Shown: piece after piece, positions 53,822 through 61,418 of the stretch | How positions within the stretch are numbered: position 1 is the first letter of the stretch | Layout: every line of letters begins with the position of its first letter | NCBI GenBank assembly: GCA_001898855.1 | Contig: MKVN01000022.1 | Coordinates: 9,883 to 73,882 of the forward strand | Source: Micrococcales bacterium 73-13 | Lineage (GTDB): Bacteria > Actinomycetota > Actinomycetes > Actinomycetales > Microbacteriaceae | Direction: 5' to 3' | DNA length: 64,000 bases | Notes under the pieces: model-generated | What the model was told of the DNA's origin: nothing | The model's database searches: none | The model's input: the letters and a program-made list of their open reading frames with translations, nothing else | Made by a program: the position numbers and the translations under genes

Positions 53822-54811
53822 ATGAAGCGCTCCTTCCAACTGCTCGCGGTCGCGGCCGCGGCGGTGGCCGGCCTGAGCCTGGCCGCATGCTCGTCCGGCG
53901 CCCCGGCGCCGAGCGAGGCCCCGACCTCGACCGAGCCGGCCGTGTCCTACGTGCCGGTCAACGTCGGCGTCGGCTCCGACGCCGGCTACTCGGCCTTCTT
54001 CGTCGCGGACCAGCAGGGTCTGTTCAAGAAGGCCGGCCTCGACGTCACGCTCACCCCGTTCGCCACCGGCGGCGACGCGCTCGCCGCGCTCAGCGCCGGC
54101 CAGATCCAGATGACGCAGAGCTCACCGGCGACGATCACCACGACCATCGCGAACAACCCGAGCATCACCGCCTTCGTCCAGACCGTGGACATCTCGAAGG
54201 TCAACAAGGTGGTCCTGCGCGACGGCATCGAGTCGGCCAAGGACGTGAAGAACTTCGGCTACATCGCCGGGCTCAGCCAGTACATGGCCTACACGTACTT
54301 CGAGGCCAACGGGGTCGACCCCTCGACGATCAACTGGATCGCGGCCGGCGCGGGCGACATGCCCGCCCTGATCCAGCGCGGCGACATCGACGGCTTCTTC
54401 CTGTGGGAGCCCTGGCCGACCAACGTGACCACCGCCGGCGGCGGGCACATCGTGGCGTCCTCGGCGGACTTCCCGGACATGGTGCCCGTCATGGTGAACT
54501 GGGTCGCCTCCACCGACGCCTGGCTCGAGGCCAACGAGCCGACGGCGCAGGCCATCACCAAGGTGCTCGGCGAGGCCATCGACATCATCAACGCCGACCC
54601 GAAGGTCGCCGCGGCCGCGGTGGAGAAGGCCGTCGCGATCAAGGCCGACGACGCCCTCGTCATGGTCGAGCGGCTGAGCTTCGGCCTCAAGCCGATCACG
54701 AGCGACGTCGTCGCCGCGACGCAGAAGATCGGCGACTTCTTCGTGTCCACCGGAGCCATCAAGGCCACCCCGGACCTGAAGAGCGAACTGGTCCTCGACT
54801 GGTCCTGGTAG
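53822..54811 (+). CDS. ABC transporter substrate-binding lipoprotein (NMT1/THI5-like, NitT/TauT family)
   Basis: Start refined to ATG 53822 (MKRSFQLLAVAAAAVAGLSLAAC lipobox), preceded by AGGAAG. The overall pattern resembles aliphatic sulfonate/nitrate/taurine-type binding proteins. Confidence 0.85.
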   Translation: MKRSFQLLAVAAAAVAGLSLAACSSGAPAPSEAPTSTEPAVSYVPVNVGVGSDAGYSAFFVADQQGLFKKAGLDVTLTPFATGGDALAALSAGQIQMTQSSPATITTTIANNPSITAFVQTVDISKVNKVVLRDGIESAKDVKNFGYIAGLSQYMAYTYFEANGVDPSTINWIAAGAGDMPALIQRGDIDGFFLWEPWPTNVTTAGGGHIVASSADFPDMVPVMVNWVASTDAWLEANEPTAQAITKVLGEAIDIINADPKVAAAAVEKAVAIKADDALVMVERLSFGLKPITSDVVAATQKIGDFFVSTGAIKATPDLKSELVLDWSW

Positions 54812-54814
54812 GTC

Positions 54815-55660
54815 ATGTCGTCCACCATCACGAGCGACCGCGATGCCGGGGGACTCCCCGGCATCGCGGTCGCGATGAACTCCGTCGCGATCGCGTTCGG
54901 CGACCTCACCGTGCTGCACGACGTCGACTTCCGGGTGGAGCCCGGCGAGTTCGTCTGCCTGCTCGGGCCGAGCGGCTGCGGCAAGTCGACGCTGCTCGCG
55001 GCGATCGCCGGCTTCGTCGAGCTGTCCGCGGGCGAGGTCGTCTGCAACGACGAGCCGGTCAAGGGCATCAACCGGCATGCCGGCGTCGTCTTCCAGTCCA
55101 GCGAGGCGCTGTTCGAGTGGCTGACCGCCGAGCAGAACGTCGCCTACGGGCCCAGGATGCACGGGAGGGGCAAGCTGGAGAGCCGCCGCGTCGCGGCGGA
55201 CTTCCTCGCGAAGGTCGGCCTCACCCCCGCCGCGAAGAAGTACCCGCGCGAGCTGTCGGGCGGCATGAAGCAGCGCGTGCAGATCGCCCGCGTGCTCGCG
55301 AACGAGCCGCGACTCGTGCTGATGGACGAGCCGTTCGGCGCACTCGACGCGCAGACCCGGCACGTCCTCCAGGAGGAGCTGGTCCGGCTCTGGCAGCGCA
55401 CCGGCTGCAGCATCGTCTTCGTCACCCACGACATCGACGAGTCGGTGATCCTCGCCGACCGGATCGTCGTGATGACCGCCGGCCCGTCGGCGAGGATCAA
55501 GAGCGTCTACCGGGTGGACGCCGCGCGGCCGAGATCGCGGCAGGACGTCGCGGACCTCTACGACCGCATCCAGGAGGACATCCGGGTCGAGGTCGCGCAG
55601 AGCCTGCTGAACCAGGGTCTCGAGATCGACGCCGGCGTCACCGGAGGCGAGGCCCGATGA
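54815..55660 (+). CDS. ABC transporter ATP-binding protein (NitT/TauT family)
   Basis: 281-aa ORF. GPSGCGKST, LSGGMKQRVQIARVL, LVLMDEPFGALD, VFVTHDIDE. Confidence 0.92.
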   Translation: MSSTITSDRDAGGLPGIAVAMNSVAIAFGDLTVLHDVDFRVEPGEFVCLLGPSGCGKSTLLAAIAGFVELSAGEVVCNDEPVKGINRHAGVVFQSSEALFEWLTAEQNVAYGPRMHGRGKLESRRVAADFLAKVGLTPAAKKYPRELSGGMKQRVQIARVLANEPRLVLMDEPFGALDAQTRHVLQEELVRLWQRTGCSIVFVTHDIDESVILADRIVVMTAGPSARIKSVYRVDAARPRSRQDVADLYDRIQEDIRVEVAQSLLNQGLEIDAGVTGGEAR

Positions 55661-56433
55661 GACGTCGCAAGGGGTTCTGGCCCAACCTGCTGAGCACCCT
55701 CGGCACCTGGGCGATCTCCATCACCGTCGGCCTGCTGCTGTGGTGGCTGGCCTCCTCGCTGCTCGGCCCGTACATCATGCCCTCGCCGTGGGCGACGGTG
55801 GTCGGACTCGGCGAGCTCAGCGACCGGGGAACGCTCTGGCCGTCGATCGGCGCCTCGATGTTCCGCATCATCACCGGGTGGACGATCGGCCTGGTGGTCG
55901 GCGCGCCCATCGGCATCCTGATGGGGCGCATCCGGCTGGTCCGCAACTTCCTCGATCCGTACGTCGAGATCCTCCGGTTCATCCCGGCGATCGCGCTCGT
56001 CACGGTCATGGTCGTGTGGTTCGGCATCGGCGAGCAGAGCAAGATCGCGCTCATCGTCTACACCTCGATCTTCGTCGTCGTGATCAGCACCACCGACGCG
56101 ACGCTGCGGATCTCGAACGACAAGGTGCTCGCCGCGCGCAGCCTCGGCGCCGGGAACACCCAGGTGCTCTGGACCGTGGTGCTCCCGTCGGCGGTGCCCG
56201 GCATCATCACCGGCGCACGGCTCGCCATGGCCAACAGCTTCCTGACGATCGTCTCCGCGGAGATGGTCGCCGCGCGCGAGGGCCTCGGCACGATCATCTG
56301 GACCTCGTACAGCTTCGGCCACATCGACTGGATCTTCGCCGGCATCGTGACCCTCGGAATCCTCGGGTTCTGCTGCGACCGCATCCTGCGCATCATCTCG
56401 ACCACGCTGCTCGCCAGGTTCGGCGTGAAATGA
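55657..56433 (+). CDS. ABC transporter permease (NitT/TauT family)
   Basis: This is the real part of the 899-aa track ORF. The ATG at 55657 overlaps the ATPase stop (ATGA). EAA-like loop ARSLGAGNTQVLWTVVLPSAVPGIITGARLA. About 6 TM helices. Confidence 0.88.
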   Translation: MRRRKGFWPNLLSTLGTWAISITVGLLLWWLASSLLGPYIMPSPWATVVGLGELSDRGTLWPSIGASMFRIITGWTIGLVVGAPIGILMGRIRLVRNFLDPYVEILRFIPAIALVTVMVVWFGIGEQSKIALIVYTSIFVVVISTTDATLRISNDKVLAARSLGAGNTQVLWTVVLPSAVPGIITGARLAMANSFLTIVSAEMVAAREGLGTIIWTSYSFGHIDWIFAGIVTLGILGFCCDRILRIISTTLLARFGVK

Positions 56434-56477
56434 CCCCAATGAAGAACGCGATAGCAAGCAAAGGAAATGAGCAACGA

Positions 56478-57059
56478 ATGACGACTGACGAGATCGCCGA
56501 CCTGAAGCACCGCCTGCACGTCCTCGAGTCCGAGGCCGACATCCGCCGGCTGATGGCGCGATACATGTGGCTGTGCGACACCCCGCTGCCGGAGCACCCC
56601 GGCGACCTCGGGCCGCAGGAGCGCATCAGGCTCATCCTCGAGCTGTACTCGAAGGACGCGGTCTGGGAGGGCGTCGGCCCGTTCTACGACGACCAGTTCG
56701 GCTACTCGAAGGGCATGGCGCAGCTCACCGAGCACTTCGAGGGCTTCTTCGCCGGCAAGGGCGAGGGGCAGAACGCGACCTCCGACCTGCTGCTCAACGC
56801 GCACTATCTGACGACCGAGCAGATCCACGTCCACGAGGACGGCACGACCGCCGACGGCCAGTGGATCCACATGCAGCCATGGCTGTTCAGCGATGGCTCC
56901 GCCCTGCTGCGCTCCTCCCGGCTGAACAACGCGTTCAAGATCGAGGACGGCGTCTGGAAGATGTCCCGCTACCGCACGGAGAACGTGTTCGTCGCACCGC
57001 TGCCGGCGTGGTTCGCGTCGAACTACACGGCGAAGTCAGTGCTCACGCAGGTCGATTGA
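56478..57059 (+). CDS. SnoaL-like / NTF2-family protein
   Basis: This is the real part of the 439-aa track ORF. ATG 56478 (MTTDEIADLKHRLHVLESEADIRRLMARYMWLCD) follows the AT-rich AAAGGAAATGAG. ATG 56430, which overlaps the permease stop, is an alternative start. Confidence 0.75.
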   Translation: MTTDEIADLKHRLHVLESEADIRRLMARYMWLCDTPLPEHPGDLGPQERIRLILELYSKDAVWEGVGPFYDDQFGYSKGMAQLTEHFEGFFAGKGEGQNATSDLLLNAHYLTTEQIHVHEDGTTADGQWIHMQPWLFSDGSALLRSSRLNNAFKIEDGVWKMSRYRTENVFVAPLPAWFASNYTAKSVLTQVD

Positions 57060-57072
57060 GCCGGGTCACGCT

Positions 57073-58278
57073 GTGACCCATCAGCCCGGGCGGGCGTCGG
57101 AGCAGGCATTCTCCGACGCCCGCCGGCGCATCGGCGCCGACGAGTTCCATGCCTGGGTCGCGGTCGCCGACCCGGGGCAGGCCGCCGCGTGGCATCCCGG
57201 ACCCGGACCCCTGGAGGGGATCGCGGTGGGCGTGAAGGACGTCATCGACCTCGCCGGGATGCCGACGAGATGCGGCTCGCCCATCACGCTGGACACCCCG
57301 GTCGCGCGGTCCGCGGTGCTCGTCGAGCGGCTCATCGGTCTGGGCGCGATGCCCGTCGGCAAGACCGTGACCACCGAGTTCGCCTTCTTCGCCCCTGGTC
57401 CGACGCAGAATCCGCGAGCACCCGGGCACACCCCGGGCGGGTCCTCGAGCGGCTCGGCCGCCGCGGTCGCGGCCGGGCACGTCCCGCTCGCGCTCGGCAG
57501 CCAGACCGCCGGATCGCTGATCCGGCCCGCCGCGTACTGCGGCGTGGCCGGCCTGGTGCTCCGCCACGACGCGGTGCCGCTGGAGGGCTTCTCCGGACTC
57601 GCCCCCTCGCTCGACGCCGCCGGGCTGATGGCGCCGACCGTCGCCGGGCTGCGCGCCGCGCACGAGGCCCTGTTCCCCGCCCCGCCCCGCCCGAGCCGGG
57701 CGGCGCGGGCGCTCGTCTGGCACGGCGACGACCTCGACGAGGTGTCGCCCGACATGCGCGCCGCGCTCGAGCGCGCGGCGCAGGCCCTGCGGGGGCTCGG
57801 ACTGGATGTCGAGCCGCTCGGGGACGCGCTCCCGATGCGGTCCCTCGCCGCCGATCACCTGACGGTGATGCAGGCCGAGGTCGCTCGCGAGCGTCAGGAC
57901 CTGATGGCCGCCCGCGAGCGCCTGAGCCCTCAGCTGCGCGGACTGCTCGACGCGGGCGCCGCCGTCCCGACGGCGGACTACGCCGCCGCCATCGCGAGGA
58001 CGACGGCGCAGCGCGCCCGGATCGCCGAGCTGCTCGGCGAGGACACCGTGGTCCTCGGCCCGGCCGCCCCGGGCGCCGCGCCCGCAGGGCTCGGGGCCAC
58101 CGGATCCCCCGTGATGAGCCGACCGTGGCAGCTGCTCGGGCTCCCGCAGCTCGCGGTGGCCGGCAGCGTCGACGCGGCCGGGCTCCCGCTCGGGGTGCAG
58201 CTCGTCGCCCGCGGCGGCGCCGAGACGATGCTGCTGACGGCCGGAGAACTCCTGGAGGCTCGCCTTGCCGAGCGCTGA
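57073..58278 (+). CDS. Amidase (amidase-signature family)
   Basis: 401-aa ORF with a GTG start. GVKDVIDLAGMPT (catalytic Lys), GGSSSGSAAAVAAG and GSQTAGSLIRPAAYCG (Ser-cisSer-Lys triad context). Confidence 0.9.
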   Translation: MTHQPGRASEQAFSDARRRIGADEFHAWVAVADPGQAAAWHPGPGPLEGIAVGVKDVIDLAGMPTRCGSPITLDTPVARSAVLVERLIGLGAMPVGKTVTTEFAFFAPGPTQNPRAPGHTPGGSSSGSAAAVAAGHVPLALGSQTAGSLIRPAAYCGVAGLVLRHDAVPLEGFSGLAPSLDAAGLMAPTVAGLRAAHEALFPAPPRPSRAARALVWHGDDLDEVSPDMRAALERAAQALRGLGLDVEPLGDALPMRSLAADHLTVMQAEVARERQDLMAARERLSPQLRGLLDAGAAVPTADYAAAIARTTAQRARIAELLGEDTVVLGPAAPGAAPAGLGATGSPVMSRPWQLLGLPQLAVAGSVDAAGLPLGVQLVARGGAETMLLTAGELLEARLAER

Positions 58279-58327
58279 TCGCCGACGCACTACTCCGGCC
58301 GGCCGTCGGTCGAATACCTTGGGGAGC

Positions 58328-59029
58328 ATGACCGACACGGTGGAAGATCGAACCGACGCCGTGCCCCGCCTCGGCGTACGCGAACGCAAGGCCCACGCGA
58401 CCCGGCGGCGGCTGCTCGCGTCCGCGCTCGACCTCATGGCGCGCGAGGGGACGGACGCCGTCACGGTCCGTGTCGTCGCCGACCACTCGGACATCGCCAC
58501 CGGCACCTTCTACAACTACTTCCCGTCGGCGGAGGCCCTCATCGAGGCCGTCATCGACCTCGAGATCGGCACCATGGGCCGGCGGCTCGACGCCCTGTCG
58601 AACGGCATCGACGATCCGGCCGACGAGCTCTCCGCCGCGCTCCGGCATCTGGTCCGCGCCTCGATCACCGATCCGACCTGGGGCTGGCTGCTCGTGCGGC
58701 TCGGCTCGGAGAGCGAGTGGGTCGCCACCCTGCTCGGCGCACGGCTGGCTCGGACCGTCGAGCGCGGCGCCACGACGGGACGGTTCATCGTCAAGGACGT
58801 GCCCACCGCGACCGCGATGACCCTCGGCGCCCTCGTCGCGGCGACCCGCGTGTTCCTCGATGCGGGTCGTGCGCTCGGCGAGGCCGAGTCGTCCTTCGTG
58901 GAGAACCAGCTGCGCGCACTCGGCATCACGCCGGCCGAGGCGGAGCGGATCGCGAACCGCCGTCTTCCCGAGCTCCCGATCATCGCGGACCAGGGCGCGA
59001 TGTCGATCGTGCGGATCATCGCGCTCTGA
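58328..59029 (+). CDS. TetR-family transcriptional regulator
   Basis: Start refined to ATG 58328 (MTDTVEDRTDAVPRLGVRERKAHATRRRLLASALDLMAREGTDAVTVRVVADHSDIATGTFYNYFPS), preceded by GGGGAG. Typical TetR N-terminal HTH. Confidence 0.88.
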   Translation: MTDTVEDRTDAVPRLGVRERKAHATRRRLLASALDLMAREGTDAVTVRVVADHSDIATGTFYNYFPSAEALIEAVIDLEIGTMGRRLDALSNGIDDPADELSAALRHLVRASITDPTWGWLLVRLGSESEWVATLLGARLARTVERGATTGRFIVKDVPTATAMTLGALVAATRVFLDAGRALGEAESSFVENQLRALGITPAEAERIANRRLPELPIIADQGAMSIVRIIAL

Positions 59030-59060
59030 CGCCGGCCGCGGGCCGCGGGCCGCGAGCGGC

Positions 59061-60323
59061 CTAGACGCGACTGGGCGCGAAGTCCGCGAGCGGGTCGTCC
59101 TGGAGGTCGTTGACCGGCATGCCGCCGTTGCTGATCCGGGCGAGGTTCGGCTTGATGTCCAGGGCCGCGGCGGGGTCGATCGGACGGGTGCCGAGCCGCA
59201 CCGGCACCTTCCCGGACTTCGAGTAGCGGATGGTCCGGTGCGAGTGGTCCTGGCCGGGGCGCGGGTGGCTCGCATCGTCGTCGCGCGCCGCGAGCAGCTC
59301 CTCGCCGTAGCCCTGCACGCACTCGGGGTCGGGGCCGTCGAGCGGGAGCCCGGTGAAGAACTTCGCCGCCATGCAGCCGCCCTTGCAGGTGTCGTAGAAC
59401 TTGCAGGACGAGCAGGCGCCGCCCGACTGGGGCGACCGCAGCCGCTGGAAGAGCTCGGAGCCCTGCCAGACGCGCTGGAAGCCGCCTTCGCCGCGCACAT
59501 TGCCCGCGAGGAACTCCTCGTGGATCGCGAACGGGCAGGCGTAGACGTCGCCGATCGGGTCGATCAGGCAGACCACCCGGCCCGCGCCGCAGAGGTTGAG
59601 CCCCGGCAGCGCCTGGCCGAAGGCCGACAGGTGGAAGAAGGAGTCGCCGGTGAGCACGCCGTCGCCGTGCGCGACGAGCCAGTCGTAGAGGATCCGCTGC
59701 TGCTCGGGCAGCGGGTGCAGCTCGTCCCACACGTCGGCGCCGCGGCCGGAGGGGCGCAGCCGGGTGAGCCGCAGCTGCGCGCCGTAGCGGTCGGCGATCG
59801 CCTTGAACTCGTCGAGCTGCGGGATGTTCTGCCGGGTGCAGACCACGGAGAGCTTGAAGTTCCGCATGCCGGCGGCCTGCAGGTTCTCCATCGCGCGGAT
59901 CGCGGTGTCGTAGGAGCCCGGCCCGCGCACCCAGTCGTTCACCTCGGGCGTCGCGCCGTCGAGCGAGATCTGGATGTCGAGGTAGTCGTTGCGCGCGAGG
60001 CGCTCGGCGACCTCGGGGGTGATCTTCACGCCGTTCGTCGAGAACTTCACCCCGACGTGGTGGCTCGTCGCGTAGTCGACGAGCTCCCAGAAGTCCGAGC
60101 GCACGGTCGGCTCGCCGCCGCCGATGTTCACGTAGAACACCTGCATCCGCTCGAGCTCGTCGATGACCGCCTTGCACTCCTCGGTCGTCAGCTCGCGCGG
60201 ATCCCGGCGGCCGGAGCTCGACAGGCAGTGCACGCAGGAGAGGTTGCAGGCGTAGGTGAGCTCCCAGGTCAGGCAGATCGGGGCGTCGAGGCCGTACTCG
60301 AAGAGGTCGACGAGCCGGCTCAT
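59061..60323 (-). CDS. mftC: Mycofactocin radical SAM maturase MftC (radical SAM/SPASM)
   Basis: 420-aa ORF. CLTWELTYACNLSCVHC (CxxxCxxC) and SPASM cysteines (CGAGRVVC, CPF, CSSCKFYDTCKGGC). ATGA overlap with mftB. Confidence 0.95.
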   Translation of the reverse strand: MSRLVDLFEYGLDAPICLTWELTYACNLSCVHCLSSSGRRDPRELTTEECKAVIDELERMQVFYVNIGGGEPTVRSDFWELVDYATSHHVGVKFSTNGVKITPEVAERLARNDYLDIQISLDGATPEVNDWVRGPGSYDTAIRAMENLQAAGMRNFKLSVVCTRQNIPQLDEFKAIADRYGAQLRLTRLRPSGRGADVWDELHPLPEQQRILYDWLVAHGDGVLTGDSFFHLSAFGQALPGLNLCGAGRVVCLIDPIGDVYACPFAIHEEFLAGNVRGEGGFQRVWQGSELFQRLRSPQSGGACSSCKFYDTCKGGCMAAKFFTGLPLDGPDPECVQGYGEELLAARDDDASHPRPGQDHSHRTIRYSKSGKVPVRLGTRPIDPAAALDIKPNLARISNGGMPVNDLQDDPLADFAPSRV

Positions 60324-60586
60324 GCCGCCCGCTCCACGAGCATCGAGGAGCGCTCGAGCGCCCCGAGCGCGGCCGCGAACCGCGGCAGATCGGCCTCGCC
60401 CACCCCGGCGTCGGCGCAGGCGACCCTGGCCGTCGGCGCCTCGTCGAGGCGCTGGACGACGTCGAGCAGGGCGCGGTCCTTCAGGAAGGAGAGCTTGCGC
60501 GTGCCGAAGTGGTAGACGAGCGCCCCGAAGGGCTCGGGGCGGATCGACACCTGGGGGTGGACCGCCCAGGCTCGGTCGAGATCCAT
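60320..60586 (-). CDS. mftB: Mycofactocin biosynthesis chaperone MftB (RRE-type peptide-binding protein)
   Basis: MDLDRAWAVHPQVSIRPEPFGALVYHFGTRKLSFLKD matches the MftB N terminus as I remember it. The ATG at 60586 is preferred; the track's GTG at 60613 is an alternative start. Confidence 0.88.
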   Translation of the reverse strand: MDLDRAWAVHPQVSIRPEPFGALVYHFGTRKLSFLKDRALLDVVQRLDEAPTARVACADAGVGEADLPRFAAALGALERSSMLVERAA

Positions 60587-60617
60587 GGCGGGAACGCCGG
60601 ACGCGATGGGCACGGCG

Positions 60618-60713
60618 TCAGTAGACGCCGCACATCCCGTCGATCGAGACCTCCTCGACGAGCTCCTCGGCGGTCACGACGTCCTCGACGTCGACGGTCT
60701 GCGTGCTGTCCAT
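60618..60713 (-). CDS. mftA: Mycofactocin precursor peptide MftA
   Basis: Not in the ORF track because it is too short. ATG at 60713-60711 is preceded by GAGGAA 6 nt upstream. Translation: MDSTQTVDVEDVVTAEELVEEVSIDGMCGVY-stop, ending in the canonical IDGMCGVY. The stop is 4 nt before the longest possible mftB start. Confidence 0.93.
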   Translation of the reverse strand: MDSTQTVDVEDVVTAEELVEEVSIDGMCGVY

Positions 60714-60765
60714 GATCGGTTCCTCAGCTTCGAAGTCGGCCACAGCGGGCGGTGAGTACCTAATC

Positions 60766-60780
60766 TGGCATCGAGTGCCA
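60766..60780. promoter_or_regulatory. TGGCA-N5-TGCCA palindrome in the mftR/mftA divergent region; candidate MftR operator
   Basis: TGGCATCGAGTGCCA lies 53-67 nt upstream of the mftA ATG and just upstream of mftR. An identical 15-mer in inverted orientation is at 52294-52308. A TTGGCA -35-like hexamer overlaps it on the mftA strand, and TAATCT (60761-60766) is a -10-like hexamer on the mftR strand. Confidence 0.55.
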
Positions 60781-60800
60781 ATATGCGCAAGTGGAGCACA

Positions 60801-61418
60801 ATGACATCCATGGAACGCTCAGGGGCGCGACCCGGGGAGCCGCGACGGAGCACTCGCGCCGTGACCAGCACCGCCGAGCTGAGTCACATCGGCCTGCGGC
60901 TCTTCCTCGAGCGCGGCTTCGAGGCGACGACGGTCGACGACATCGCGGCCGCGGCCGGCATCGGGCGGCGGACGTTCTTCCGCTACTTCCCGTCGAAGAA
61001 CGACCTCGCCTGGGGCGACTTCGACGCGCTCGTCGCGTCGATGCGCGAGCATCTCGCCGCCACCCCGGCCGAGCTGCCGATGATCGCCGCGCTCCGGGTC
61101 GCCATCGTCGAGTTCAACCGCTTCCCGGTCGAGGAGATCGAGTACCACCGGCAGCGGATGCGGCTCATCCTGAACGCGCCCGCCCTCGTGGGGCACTCGG
61201 CGCTGCGCTATCAGAGCTGGCGCACCGCCATCGCGGAGTTCGTCGCGGCGCGCGCCGGCGGGACCCCGGACGACCTGCTGCCGAGCACCGTCGGCTCCGT
61301 GATGCTGGGGCTCGCGCTCGGCGCCTACGCCTACTGGCTCGCGCATCCCGAGACCGAGCTCGTGACGGCGATCGAGACCGCCTTCGACGAGCTCGGCGCG
61401 GCGTTCGGCGACGCGTGA
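60801..61418 (+). CDS. mftR: Mycofactocin system transcriptional regulator MftR (TetR family)
   Basis: Track ORF 60783-61418. ATG 60801 is preferred (GGAG 4 nt upstream, clear of the palindrome); 60783 and 60810 are alternatives. HTH TTVDDIAAAAGIGRRTFFRYFPSKNDL. Divergent from mftA. Confidence 0.88.
   Translation: MTSMERSGARPGEPRRSTRAVTSTAELSHIGLRLFLERGFEATTVDDIAAAAGIGRRTFFRYFPSKNDLAWGDFDALVASMREHLAATPAELPMIAALRVAIVEFNRFPVEEIEYHRQRMRLILNAPALVGHSALRYQSWRTAIAEFVAARAGGTPDDLLPSTVGSVMLGLALGAYAYWLAHPETELVTAIETAFDELGAAFGDA

Noticed and set aside
59030-59060. Triple GCCGCG(G/A) repeat in the 31-bp gap between the TetR gene and mftC
   Set aside because: It is too short and GC-monotonous to be a CRISPR array or mobile repeat. 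It probably just forms a small bidirectional hairpin between the convergent genes.
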